Below, in pieces: positions 41,823 to 55,577 of a stretch of 64,000 bases of DNA (position 1 is its first letter; every line of letters starts with the position of its first letter). The stretch covers positions 62,001 to 126,000 of the forward strand of contig NIVC01002257.1 in NCBI GenBank assembly GCA_002269645.1, in the 5' to 3' direction. Made by a program: the position numbers and the translations under genes. The DNA is from Macrostomum lignano. Taxonomy: Eukaryota. The notes beneath the pieces were generated by a model. That model was not told where the DNA came from. It did not search any database and saw nothing but the letters and a program-made list of their open reading frames with translations.

Positions 41823-42589
41823 CTACCATCGAAACCGCAAATGTATTACGACGTGTCTGTAGGCTCTGTGGCTCCCAAACCAATGTCATCTTCTGCACTG
41901 CCTCGACGTCCTCCACAGGACCAACGGAGTCAATAAACAGAAACAACCACAGCATCAGCATAAAATCAACAAAAAAACATCATCAGATACCGCAGAAACA
42001 AAAGGGACAAAGGATCAGCCAACTATAATCTAGATTCCGGCTCATGCACTCCTCAAGTAGAAGCCTTTTATAATGGCAACTCTTTAAATACGAGGTTTTC
42101 CTCAACGTTATACCAGCGTACACACACACAGCTAAAGCATTGATTGAAGGCTTGCCCAGCTAACATTTCCATCTTGCAGCCTGCGGGCCAGTTGCAAAGA
42201 ATTGGCGCGCGTGTGTTAAACAAACCCGCTAATGACAGTTTTCTGAAGGAGTTCGAGTTGACAATTTTCAAATGTGATTTGAGCAGTCAGTCAGTTTTGA
42301 GGCTAAACGAAATACGCAAACACACAGAAGAAATGTGCGAATGTTAATCCCAATACAATAGGCAAGACTTTGTGCCCCTGGCTAGAGAGGTGGGAGGAAA
42401 AAAGCATCAACAACCAGATTTTCTTTTGTGCCTCATGCAGTACCCCAATTCTTACTCAAAGTGAACGTTTTGTTTGTCCATTTGCTGACTGAACACAAAT
42501 AAAATGTGCGGCGGATATTTTTCTATGGGAAGTGTATGCGTGAGTCTGATTACTCATCTCGAAAGTGAAGATTTTCTTAGGAAGATTCT

Positions 42590-43425
42590 AAGAATCTCTC
42601 TTGTCACTGATTCTTAGAAAGAGATATTCTCATTAGAGATTCTTAGAAAGAGAGATTCTCAGGGAGAGATTCTTTGCGAGATTCTTAGAATGAGAGACTC
42701 TCGGGGAGAGATTCTTAGAGAGATTCCCAGGGAGAGATTCTTTGCGAGATTCTTAGAAAGAGAGACTCTCGGGAAGAGATTCTTAGAAAGAGAGATTCTT
42801 AGGGAGGGAATGTTAAAAAGAGAGATTCTCAGGGAGAGATTCTTAGAAAGAGAGGTTCTCAGGGAGATATTCTAGGGGAGAGATTCTCAGGGAGAGATTC
42901 TTGGAAAGAGATATTCTTAGGGAAATATTCTTAGAGAGAGAGAGACTCTCAGGGCGATATTCTTAGTAAGAGAGACTTTCAGGAGAGATTCTTAGAAAGA
43001 GAGATTCTCAGTAACAGATTTTTAGAAAGAGAGATTCTCAGGGAGAGATTCTTAGAGATAGAGACTCTTAGAGATAGAGATAGGGATTCTCATGCAGGGA
43101 TTCTCAGGGAGAGATTCTCAGGGAGATAATCTTTGCGAGATTCTTAGAAAGAGAGATTCTCACGGAGAAATTCTTAGAAGGAGAGAATCTCAGGGAGGGA
43201 TTCTCGGGGAGGGATTCTCAGGGAGATATTCTTAGAAAGAGAGATTCTCAGGGAGAGATTCTTAGGGAGAGATACTTAAAAAGAGAGATTCTCAGGGAGA
43301 GATTCTCGGGGAGGGATTCTCAGGGAGAGATACTTAGAAAAAGAGAAGATTCTCATGGAGATTCTTAAAGAGATTCTAAGAGAGTGATTCTTAGAAAGAG
43401 AGATTCTCAGGGAGAGATTCTCAGG
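42590..43425. repeat. Degenerate satellite (gagagattcttagaaa / gagagattctcaggga)
   Basis: Direct reading; repeated TTCTTAGAA. Confidence 0.9.
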
Positions 43426-44081
43426 TAGGTAGAGTTGCTCAGTCTCTTGAGGATCGGTTTCTCTGACCTGGAATACGACTGTGGAAAAAAGTTCGTAGGG
43501 AAGACACTGCAAAGCTAAAAAAAGAGATTAATCGTTTCATCTGAGATTCTCTGTTGCGATGGTGAGAAGGAGAAAACAGTCATTAATCTTCTCTAAAATC
43601 TGCTCTTTCCAAAATGTTTTGAATCGCAAAGCGGGCTGAGTCTGAACAGATAACAACTGAGGTGCTCCGTTGTCACCTCAATCGATATTGATCGATCTGG
43701 CGACTGAGTTGACTTGAAGACTCTGCGATGGATTGTCTTTCGCTTCATCAACCATTGTCAGAATCGCGATATCTTCATCTGAACAGTTTATTGCCAAGGT
43801 GACAAAAAGGGGAAACGAGTGTGATGCAGTAATCAACACCTAAGATGTACCAAGGCTACAAATCCTATGCAATATTGCAACAGATTGTATTTTAATGATT
43901 ATTTCAAACACCATTATTGGGCATATGGCGGCTGCGGCTGTCTTAGTTTATAAAGCATCAAGTTACACTTTTCTTTCTTTCTCATAATCATACGTGGCTC
44001 AGTACAAGTTCGAATTTTTGAAGTTTGATTGAACCTTGAAAGATGACTAGTTTGACTTGTCACTGACAGCTGGTTCGAAGT

Positions 44082-44287
44082 GCTGAGATGTCAAGGCTCA
44101 TGGGGGGAATTGCTGAGATGTCAAGGCTCATAGGGGGAATGGCTGAGATGTCAAGGCTCATAGGGGGAATTGCTGAGATGTCAAGGCTCATAGGGGGAAT
44201 TGCTGAGATGTCAAGGCTCATAGGGGGAATTGCTGAGATGTCAAGGCTCATAGGGGGAATTGCTGAGAGGTCAAGGCTCATGGGGTT
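44082..44287. repeat. 30-bp minisatellite (gctgagatgtcaaggctcatagggggaatt), about 7 copies
   Basis: Direct reading. Confidence 0.95.
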
Positions 44288-45196
44288 TTGAAGTTACAAC
44301 TAAACTACCGAGAAATTATTCATCTTTAAAAATGAAACCAAGTTTACTTAAAAAAATAAATCACATCCACCAACCAAAGTTCCCGATATATTTTCATAAT
44401 AGACAGCGCGTCTGTTGTGTTGTAATGTAAACTGAACGATCTGCTCACAGTTCATTCAGTCTTTGGTTGTTCCGCACGCGGGCAGAGCTGGGTCATAAAA
44501 CTCAAATTTAGTTCGCATATATCAAATAGAGTAGACAGGCTCAATTGCAAACGAGCTCAATTATAGGCCGGCAATATGGCACTTCATAATATATCGTATT
44601 TACCGAACTCCAGTAGAGGCCTATATTGCTAAAGCTATCTCTTGGAAACGAACTGGCCTGGGGTTCATGACTGCACTGTTTACTCAAGGCATGCGCCACC
44701 CGGGGGGGGGTGGGGGTGGTGGGAAAGGGGAATCGGAACTCTAGCGGTTGTTGGAAAAATAGGGGAGCCCATTTCGCGAAAAAATATCCCAAGCTGCATT
44801 GAGCCGGGGCGGTGAGCAAGCGAGGACCTTGCTGTAGGGGGGAGGGGTTGCGCGGCCCCCTCTCTCCTGGTCCCTCCACTGAACCCCCGGCCTGTCTAAA
44901 AATATTTGTCACACTCTCCGAGCCTTCTGATTGGCTGGGCCGGCACACCGGCACGGGCCCCAACACCCCATCCAACGCAGGCCTATTTGGTAAAACCCCC
45001 CACCCAGGTGTCTGCCTGAAGCCCATCTATCTATATTTTACTGCCGGCATCGGTATACCTTCAGATTGATAGACAAGCGTTTTAAACACACACAGAGCTC
45101 CAGTCATAAGAAGACAGACAGACTGATTGGATCGACAGATAACTCAGTTTTTTGAGCACTTGACCAGCTGCAGCGGCGGCCACCGCAAGTACGATC

Positions 45197-46883
45197 ATGT
45201 CTGCAGCGATTCTGTGCTCAGCGAAGACCTACAGCGTCAACAGCCGCTCGCCCTGCGACAAGAAGCGAAGCCAAAGTTCGGCAGAGTGCACCTGCCGTCT
45301 GCAGCAGCCTCCGGTGTCGGCGGTGGCGGCCGCTCTGGCCGAGCAGGAGCTCCGGCTGCTTGGCATCCGGCTGCCAAATCAGCCATCGCTTCATCAGCAG
45401 AGGCCTCCTCCAGCTGCTGCCGCGTTGTCCGCTTCAGCGGCGAGTTCGTTGCTGACTTCGACGCCAACTGCAGCAGCGCCGACGACCACGGCCTGTTTTG
45501 GCCGGGCGTTGGCGGACCAGCCAAGCCGCGAGGTGCCCGGCTTCGGCCGGGTGCCCGCCCTGCTGGCCGACTGCTGCGCCTACCTGCGCTGTGGCGGCCT
45601 TCTGGACACCGAGGGCCTGTTCCGCGTTGAAGGCTCCCGACTGCGGCTGCGCGACCTTCGACAGCGTCTGGAACACGGCTGCGGTATCCGAGACGGCACG
45701 CCGCCGCAGGATGTCTGCTCAACTTTGAAGGCCTGGCTGCGCGAGCTGCCGGAGCCGCTGGTGCCGGCCAGGATGGCCCACGCCTTGGCCGAAGCTGCCG
45801 CTCAGGCGTCCCCGGAGCGCCGGGTTCGAATCCTGCGACTGTGCGGCCTGCTGCTGCCAGCTGACCAGCTGACCGCCCTGCAGTTCCTCTGTTGCTTTCT
45901 TGGCGAGGTGAGGCTCTTTTTCGAGTTTTTTATTAAACAAGAAATTGTCTGATTAGTTTTATTGATTCATCATTCTACTAAGTCGCCTGTTCAGTAGTAT
46001 CATACGCAAATTACACTAGAATTCTGGTTTAAAAAATCCATTTTTCAATGAAATTCAGGTGAGCCGCAACAGCCAGCGAAACCGCATGGACGCCTCAAAT
46101 TTGGCCACATCCCTAGGGCCCGGCCTCCTCCTCGCCCGGGCCCCATCAGCCACAGTCTGTCCGCGCGAGATGGCCCGCCTGAACAGCGGAGTCGCACTGC
46201 TGGTGGAGTTCCCCAACGAGCTGGGCCTGCACCAGCACCAGCACCTCCTGCAGCTGCAGCAGCAGGCGCGCCACATCTCCCGCCAGCACCACCAGCTCGA
46301 CAGCGGAGAAGATTCCAGCGACAGCATTCAACAGGAAGAGAATCGTCGGCGTCGTCGACGAAGCAGCGGCGCCCTCGGCGGCGCTTTGAAAGCCGTCGGC
46401 CGGGCGGTCAGTCGGCTGGCCAGCCGGTCGCGCAGCCGCAGTCCCGGTCGGAGCCGCCAGCTGCACCCGCAGCCGCCAACGCCGCAGAGACCTCCGCGAG
46501 CGTCGCCCAGCCCGCCGGCCGTCCGACGTCTGCTGCACCGCCTGAGCGCCGGCGGCTCCTCCGCGGCTTCCTCCGGCCCGACGGCTGTCCGACGCGGAGG
46601 CAGCGCCGTCGCCCCGGCTGTCGATCGCTTGCCGCCGCTGGCGCCGCCGAGGAAGCAACCGCAGCTGCCTCCTCCGCCGCCGCCGCTGCCTCCGCTGAGC
46701 ACCCTGCCGTCAGCCAGCGCCCTGCGGACTCCCCAGCTGCTGCAGCATCATCACCAGCATCATCTGCATCGGGCAGCCTCAGCGGACAGTCCGACTCATT
46801 GCTCGGCATCCAGCGGCCCTCTGAGGGCGGTGCACAGCATCCAGACAACTCCGCTACGAGTGCTGCAGTCCCCCCTGGCCTGA
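45197..46883 (+). CDS. ARHGAP11: RhoGAP, ARHGAP11-like, ~511 aa; exons 45197-45907 and 46059-46883
   Basis: FGRAL..VP.FGRVPALLADCC; TEGLFRVEGS (catalytic Arg); LKAWLRELPEPL; NRMDASNLATSLGPGLL. N-terminal ALAEQELRLLGIRL resembles ARHGAP11A. Intron gag|gtgagg...ttcag|gtg is phase 0. Confidence 0.88.
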
Positions 46884-47511
46884 AGTACCCGATGTACTTT
46901 TAAATAACCCGCTGGCAGTGTTTTATTAGCAGCCAAATTTATTAACGCTTAGCCTGTCATCATACTTATTATTAGATAAGAAATTTATTGCTGAATTTAT
47001 TTTTATTACAATCTATTTTTTCATTTCATTGATTCTTTTCATAGTGGCCGGCCTCTCAACTGCTGCCGGGTGCCTTCCCCCCTGTCGTATATTATTATTG
47101 TTTTAATCTTATAATCGGTTCGTAAACTTTTGTTTGTTCGTTTATGATTTATGAATTCTATTATATAGGTGAGAAATTGTAAATACGGGAGCTCCTCATA
47201 TGGTGAATCTTTTCGCGTTTCCCCATTGTACATTGATTGCAACTGGCTAAACTGTACTCAAAACTTGAGCTATCTGATTTGTACATAGACCTGCTGCTCT
47301 GGTTCGATCCGCGATGATTTCGTCTCGAATATTAAATTAGAATATTTGGAGTGCAAAAAGCACAGCGAAATTTTAATCAATTATCAGCACTTCCTGTAGC
47401 ATTTCCGGTGTATCTGTCAGAATAATAAGTGAGCAATTGCTAAAGTACTTTTGAGTTCATTGTTTTTTAATTACAATCAGGTTTGCATCTTTATGACCGA
47501 AAACTCAATCA

Positions 47512-47797
47512 TTATGACCAACCAAGTCAATCTTTATGACCAACCAAGTCAATCTTTATGACCAACCAAGTCAATCTTTATGACCAACCAAGTCAATCTT
47601 TATGACCAACCAAGTCAATCTTTATGACCAACCAAGTCAATCTTTATGACCAACCAAGTCAATCTTTATGACCAACCAAGTCAATCTTTATGACCAACCA
47701 AGTCAATCTTTATGACCAACCAAGTCAATCTTTATGACCAACCAAGTCAATCTTTATGACCAACCAAGTCAATCTTTATGACCAACCAAGTCAATCA
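47512..47797. repeat. 22-bp near-perfect minisatellite (atgaccaaccaagtcaatcttt), about 13 copies
   Basis: Direct reading. Confidence 0.97.
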
Positions 47798-48755
47798 TTT
47801 ATAATCGACAACCCCTGAAACTATATTTATACGTCATAATACGTCAAAGTCTATTTTTTATTATTCATAATTGTATTAAAATATGTCTCAAACTAATGAA
47901 TCCACCACGACTACTAAGTACGAATAGTATGAAACAGTCTTCTTTTAGTACATTTATTTGCAAGTTTATAATATTGCATTTAGGTGCGTAAATAGAATGA
48001 CTAATAAGTTTACTCTTCAAGTTTTGAATGCACGCATCCTGCTCTAAACTATCTCGATAAGATTGCAATCGGCATGCACAGACAGTTTACAGTTTACACT
48101 TTCTGTAGCCTGTGTACGTTCATCCACACGCAAGCTGTTATATGCCGTAAGCCCGTAATGTCTAAAATTAAATTATAAATGGCCGAACTGATTCACCCAG
48201 GTCCATAGCCACGCCAGAACCAAGGGGCGCCTAAAAGTGCTATTACGAGCGTAATAACCATTCAAGGACGCTCCTGTCTGCTAGGCCGTGGGTGGGTGGG
48301 ATTCTTTTAGTTTCTGAAGGAGCAAAATTTTAATTGGGGTGGTTAGATTTGACGAATATTGCAAATTTTGTTGATGAAAAAAAGATTTTTTTACTATCTC
48401 CGCAATGTTTTCTTTGACGGAAATCGGCCTCTAAAAAAATTACACGATCTTTGAGCATAGCGTCCTGATATCGTGCTAGTGGTCCTTGCACCTCACATCG
48501 GAATAAAAGTCTTTGATTGGCCTCGAACAAAAAATCTATCGCAAGATTTGACACATTTAGTTGTTTCTTCATGTCTGCTTGCTTACTTTCATGCACGGGT
48601 TGGGTGTTAACCTTCCTGTGAGCGCTGTACTTTTCTGGCCCTTCACTCTGCCCCCTTCTATCTTCTCGTACCATGTGCTTAAATTCGCAGGCTCGTTGCT
48701 ATTCACTGCAGCGCCTGTTGCCCAGTCCTACATGTAGTGCTCAACAGTTGAACTC

Positions 48756-49334
48756 ATGTCGGCAATCACGAGAGAGGAGCAGCAGGCCAGACGACGCGAT
48801 GACGCCTGGCAGAGCGCTCAGCATCGCTACCAAATCGTGTCTAAGGCAGCTCGAGACGCGAACAAGCAGACGAAGGATCTGCTGATCATTTTGCAAGAGA
48901 CTGAGTCCCACAGAGCTCAGCTGAGCACGGAGCAATTAAATTTGGTTCGAAGTTTGCTCACGGCTTCGAATAGTTTGAGCAGCTCCTCCAGAGCGTGCTT
49001 CAATTTGGCGGAAGATTTCGCAACGCCACTGGCTGCCGATGTGAGCGACGGAGAGTATTTTGATAGGAACTTTCTGTTGCAGAAACAGTGCCGAGAGAAA
49101 GCGCAAGCTTTTCTAAACGATCACCGGGAGCTGATTAGCGCTAAAGAGGCATTTCTAAGGTGTCTGAATAACGGTAGGCTGCTGCTCTCGCAAAACCCGC
49201 GTGACGTTTACCGAACTATTGGTGGCGTTGCACTTTTAGCTGGAGGTTGCATCGGTTTTGCTGACCGCATCATCAATGGCATTATCGCATTCACTGGCGG
49301 TTGCCTCGTGCTGAAAGATCGCTATTCTAATTAA
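48756..49334 (+). CDS. 192-aa helical protein with a C-terminal Gly-rich hydrophobic hairpin (IGGVALLAGGCIGF..IINGIIAFTGGCLVL)
   Basis: Single long non-repetitive ORF with amphipathic composition; acceptor-like ttcgcag at about 48690. Confidence 0.65.
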   Translation: MSAITREEQQARRRDDAWQSAQHRYQIVSKAARDANKQTKDLLIILQETESHRAQLSTEQLNLVRSLLTASNSLSSSSRACFNLAEDFATPLAADVSDGEYFDRNFLLQKQCREKAQAFLNDHRELISAKEAFLRCLNNGRLLLSQNPRDVYRTIGGVALLAGGCIGFADRIINGIIAFTGGCLVLKDRYSN

Positions 49335-49870
49335 ACATTTTAATATACTAATTCAACGATTTTGACAGCCAAATTTCATTTTAAAATTGTAATAAATGCA
49401 CCAGTTTCTGTAACTGCAAGACCAGGTAAGTTATGAATATATTTTTTAGCTGTTTGCATAGCATCCTGGGGAGCTTCCTATGAAAATTGTGTCCGATTTG
49501 AACAAAAACTGCGTAAGTTAACTAAATTTAAAAAGTCAAAAATTTTTAAATATAAATCAAATGAAAATGACAATATAATTTTACGATAGGCTATTTTTCT
49601 AAAAATTGTTTTTTTATTTTCATCATTTTATTAACAGCCAAATTAGCACCAAAATATAAACATGCGTATTTCTTCCCCGATACTACTGATTTTACCGACT
49701 CAGTAGTATGAACTGATTGTATGTAATATATGATCACATTATACACAACATAGTGGCATGACTATTTATAGTTCTTGTCATTTCTGCAACAAAGTTCAGT
49801 AGCTTCGGAATTGTGTAAAAAAGCTGCACACACTAGATAGACAGTTCGAATCTCAGCTTGAACATAATCG

Positions 49871-50738
<868 letters not shown>

Positions 50739-50934
50739 ATCGAATTGTGTCGAAGCTTGCGGTAAAATAGTTGAAATACGAGCCGTATAGACAAAAAGTG
50801 GTAAACGTGGTAAAATTGAAAACATTCAATAATACAATACAATTGATACAACTTACAATTGCGAAGAACAGTTCGCATTAAGAAAATCATCAGTAAGTTT
50901 AATTGCTGTCAAAATCCCATCACGATTGGAATAT

Positions 50935-51987
50935 TTAGGAGCGTCTGGAAGGACAGCAGAAGAAGCAACAGCGCCCCGATTCGAGCTCTCTATTACGCAT
51001 TTCCGCATGTTCCCGACGATGTCTTTCAAGAGCTAATTCCGCTTCCTTAACTCTTAGGTCAGCATTGTGCCGCATTTGCCTAATATCAGGTGGGTTGTTG
51101 CGTTGTTCGAAATCTTCTCGTCGCCACCTTTGTTCTTCGAAAGAATTCGGTTGGTTCAAGACAACTTGAGGATTGTTTTGAAAATTTTGTCGATGCTGCT
51201 TAACAGAATCTTTTTCCTCTTCAGTTTTTCTTGCTACAGCTTCAGTACCTTCCATCACTTTTTCGATCTGGTCTCCTAGACCGTCGAGGTCTCGCAAAGA
51301 GGTCTTCAAGTCGTTCTGTAGGTCTGCAAACTCATTGGCCAGCTTGTCCAGACTGCCTGCATGACTGCTCGTGTAGGCGCCAGTACCAGCGGCTGCGGTA
51401 CCCAGTGCCGCTGCTCCCACACCGCCCAGGACTCCTCCAGTGGCGACAGTTAAAATCAAGCCGGCCACTACTAAGAGTCCTGTTGCCGTGTAGCCGACAG
51501 CTCGAGCATTTCTAGCACTCGAACTCGCTTCCTCCGCCGCTATTCTGGATCGCTCGCTAAGATCTGTGTTTAGTCTCACCGCTTCTTTCATGTGCTCCTT
51601 AAAAAAATTGTATTCCTCGTAAATTTCCGCTGCTTTTTCTAGCATCTCTTGTAGCTGTCGAATGATCTCTTCGTATTGATTTGACTGTACTTGCCTCGCC
51701 ACAATAGGGTTCCTATCCCTGTTGAACTCGAACCGGTTCCACTTGCTCTGAAGTTCGTTGCAAAGTCGCTGGAATTTGTTGGCAGATGATTTTGTCGTTT
51801 TTAGAACGTCTTCATATTCGGCTGCTAGTGCACTTTCGATACTTGCGGCCTCTTTGCTAAGCTTCATCAGCACTTCTTGTGCCCTGCTAGTCACCTCTAC
51901 AACTGTATTAACCAGTAAATTGGCTGCTTCGACCATCTTTCCGGCTATTCCAGCAGATGTGACGAGGTTTTTGCCAAATTTCTCCAT
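50935..51987 (-). CDS. 350-aa APOL/ClyA-like helical protein 1 with a central hydrophobic hairpin and C-terminal CCFFCC
   Basis: Intronless CDS; hairpin TATGLLVVAGLILTVATGGVLGGVGAAALGTAAAGTG flanked by coiled coils; probable 5' UTR intron 52135-52297. Confidence 0.85.
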   Translation of the reverse strand: MEKFGKNLVTSAGIAGKMVEAANLLVNTVVEVTSRAQEVLMKLSKEAASIESALAAEYEDVLKTTKSSANKFQRLCNELQSKWNRFEFNRDRNPIVARQVQSNQYEEIIRQLQEMLEKAAEIYEEYNFFKEHMKEAVRLNTDLSERSRIAAEEASSSARNARAVGYTATGLLVVAGLILTVATGGVLGGVGAAALGTAAAGTGAYTSSHAGSLDKLANEFADLQNDLKTSLRDLDGLGDQIEKVMEGTEAVARKTEEEKDSVKQHRQNFQNNPQVVLNQPNSFEEQRWRREDFEQRNNPPDIRQMRHNADLRVKEAELALERHRREHAEMRNRELESGRCCFFCCPSRRS

Positions 51988-52904
51988 ATTGATGATGTGG
52001 TAAGCGGTAATATTTTTATTTCAAACGGTTCCGAATCCGATAAAATTGCTCGGCTCAGTTTTGAAAATATTTTCTTTTATAGTTTCATCGTCTTGGTCGT
52101 CAAGCATCAAATCTTCGTAAACTCGGCGTAATCGCTAAATTTAGAAGGAAACATTAGTTTTCTCTCTGTAACTAGTCTACAGTATACCTAAGCAGCTTCA
52201 AAATTTCCCTTTTTGTAAAACATTTAGACCAATTTGTTGTACTTAAAATTTAGCTCAGTACCTTATATACTGTACAGAATGGCTGGTGCGTACTTACCTG
52301 CTGATTACTTAATCTGAATTTGAAACCATCCGTACTACTGTACGAGTATAAGTAGAAAGCCTTTAGTACGTTCATTCCATGGCTGCAGAAATTTTACTTA
52401 ATCCTTTATCTTTTATTTTTCCAAGGCCATTTTCTTGATTCCCTGAGGTTCTACCCTTTAAGACCCTCGGCAGCTTTATCTTAACTTATTTTACACGGAG
52501 GTTTTTTCGATGCTTTGCTTTGCAAGCATGGTTTGGTCCTTTTTAGAGCGATAATTTTTATTCGAACAATACGCTCGTAACAGTTCGCTTTGAGTTTCCA
52601 GCAGTTTTGCTACGAAGGACTGCAGCGCTTATAGAATTCTTGGCGAAGTTCCCTTTCGTATTTACAGATTTGGACGTACAATTGAATTTGTATCTCCGTA
52701 GAGGCTTCTCGAAATATAAGCGAGAAACAAAATAATAATAAACCGAAGTGCATATGGCTGTACGGTATTGTGAGACCAGACTGATAGTGGGTTTAAGATT
52801 TCATTTCCTTAGCTCAGGTTAGCTTTCTGACGCGCGTGTATATTCGTGTCGGTTTCTTACAAACCTCTTTTTACTCACTCGGCTTTAGTGTCTTGGATAG
52901 AAAA

Positions 52905-55345
52905 AAAACAAGCGAACATCGCTTTACTATACAATACGAAATACAATAATAATTGTACAGTCTGAGTGCTTGATTTGTTGTTTACCTTGAAGTTGGTCAT
53001 TAAAATAATAAAATAATAAAAAAGTTTGTACGTTGGATAGATGAAGTTCTCTTTTTTCGTACATATGCGGCGTACGGTGGGGCACAATGCACTGAAATAT
53101 TATTCGAACTACTGCTGCAGTTTACCTAGTGTCAAAAACAAGGGAAGGCCGAATTTCAAAACTATTTTTTCTACAGATGGAACACTGTGAACTGAGTGAG
53201 CGCTTTTTAAAGATGAGAATGGATGAGCAATAAGCAATAGCCAATCAATGATTAGAAACGGAGAAGGCAGGATTTTTTAGCTCGTACAGTATATGAAGCA
53301 ACTTATCAGTTGTAAAATCTGGTCTCCGCTGATCGTTGTCTACCCATTATCTGAGACAAAATTATATACTTAGTACCAAAATCATCACTTTGAAATGGCA
53401 ATAATAAAAGTGTCTGATTGGAGCATGTTGATTCTGTTATTTTTTCACAATTAAAAAAAATGAATTCAAGAGTCCTACATTTGACAGGGAAAGGTAAAAA
53501 AAGTTGTTTTGAAATTGGGCCTTTGCTATTCTTCGACACAATACTACTTCAGCTGCAGCAGTAGTTTAGCTCGTACTTAATATTTCAGTGCATTTTATAC
53601 CTCATTGCACACCGCATATGTACGGAAAAGAGAACTTCATCTGTCGATTGTGTTTTGTCTCGCTGGTTTTGTCTCGCTGGTTTTGTCTCGCATAGAGGCG
53701 CCTAACCGCAGTACCCCTGTGAAACTTGTCTCTGCCTGGCTGAAAGCTTGTAATGAGTTAGTAGACTGGGTTTGAGGGTAATAGTGGATCAGGAAGGGCT
53801 GTGGGTAGCTATATAGGAAGGCAGGCCTATACCTGTACCAAGGTGCTCTGACGGTCCCCCTCGGAGTGCCCTCTGAGCGAACAGCCAGCGACCCTATTAA
53901 AGCTGGAGTGTGCCAAAACCAGGACTGAGTCTGACCAGGACGAGACCGTTGGCACGGTCACTATAGAAATGGTGGGTTGGCGAAGCAAAGGGTGAAACAG
54001 TCCCGGCGATTAGCCCTCCTGCCGCTTCAAAGATAAGAGACTGTCTGGCAAGAGTACCCGGGGTTTAGTTGGGGGGGAGGCTCCTTCAGGTTGCCACGGC
54101 CGTGGGGGCGGTCAAATGACCGGTTTTTTGGCTTATCTAACCCAGGAGTAGGCACGGGCTTCCCTGAATGGTTCACTGAACCCCTCAATTATAGCCCCGG
54201 GGAGGTTTTGATTTGAGCTTGGAGTAGTGTGACGTTGCTAGTTTAAGTGGTCCCGCAAAAGGGCCGTTAGACTATAGTTTCCCTCGCAATTTCTCATATT
54301 AATTTCTCCAATAGTTTATTTTAACGTTTACTTATAGTAGCGTGCAAATAATTTGTATCAATTGCTAATTCACTGTGTATTTGGTAGGCCTTGCGCTCGT
54401 CTGTGAAATTTGGCACGATCGATAATTTCAAATTCTCTCGCCAGCCAATGAAAACTCTCCGTGTTTTACGCTACCCCCTTTTGCGCTCTTTATTAACCCT
54501 CGCCTGGCGGGCTGGGGGCTTCACTTGTTTTCACTCGTCTTCTCTCGTTTTGTCTAGCCTTGTCTAGCCTTGTTTTCCTTCTCTCTGTCTGGCTGCCTCG
54601 AGCCTCCTTATCTCACGCCACGGCTGACGCCAACCTCGCCACTGCTACTCACCGCCTCCACTGTGCTCATTGCCATTGCTCATCACGTTACGTCGCCATT
54701 GCATCATTCGTCTGTCACTTGACTTCATATCCAATTTATCTTCAAAAAAACCATTGTTGCAGCCGCCAGTGCCCAGAAAGCTATAGTTTGTGTATTGACA
54801 GTAATAACCAAGCCTAATATTGACACTACCAATAAAACCAACTACGGCAGTTCCTGCCTTTATCGCCAAGTGCTCCGCTACAAAATCCGCTTTACAAGAG
54901 TTGACTTCAACTTATTTTGGGACTACGACTCACTACAACTCTCGTCAAAACGGCCCTTTTAAGGGTCATAGCCATAGTTAGCCGCTACGCCAACATCGTG
55001 ACAGTAGGCTTAACGCCCCGAAGGCAGGGGGTAGGGCCCGCCCTTTGCCCGACTGGTGTTGCCTGCTCAGCTTGTTGGCCACAGTCTCTCTCACTCTAGC
55101 CTAGAAACCTTGTGTACATTCGTACACTCCCAATTTGGAACCCAAATTTTTCTCTAGTGGCGTAAGAGCCTGTTCAATGGCTGAGGCGCCAGAATTACTT
55201 ATTAGTTAGTTAGTTAGTTAGTGTCGATTGTACAAACTTACGAGGTATTTATTATTCGTCTCAAAAATGGCATCTTTACAGTAAACAACAAACCAAGCAC
55301 TCAGACTGTACAAACAGACTGTACCATTGCTATACATATTTACGA
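52905..55345. mobile_element. Foldback/MITE-like element with ~200-bp imperfect inverted arms; right arm split by a nested insertion
   Basis: 53040-53070 vs 53612-53641, 53086-53120 vs 53553-53593, and about 52950-53035 vs 55222-55315 are reverse complements. Confidence 0.7.
53652..55221 (+). mobile_element. ~1.57-kb non-autonomous retroposed insertion with a 10-bp TSD and (TTAG)n tail
   Basis: TGTCGATTGT at 53642-53651 and 55222-55231; (TTAG)n immediately before the second copy; removing the insert restores colinearity with the left inverted arm. Confidence 0.75.
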
Positions 55346-55577
55346 AGTATTGCTCATGCTTGAATTTCTACGCTTATGCAAGTTGAGAAGAATATTTGCA
55401 GGAGGTCCGCTGCCAGTACACTACGCAGGCACGCACTCATACAGGCGCTCACACAGGGTGTACAGCGACCCTAACAGCCTTTCTAATCGTCAGGCATGTG
55501 CACTCTCTCTGAGCCAAAACACCCCAAGTGCACTTTTATCTTCTCCTAGCTGACTTGGCATTACTGATGGCTTTGCA

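Noticed and set aside
53848-53868. Minus-strand CACTCCGAGGGGGACCGTC resembling the HDV ribozyme P4 sequence
   Set aside because: P4 is the variable stem, and I could not fit the P1/P1.1/P2/P3 pseudoknot by eye.
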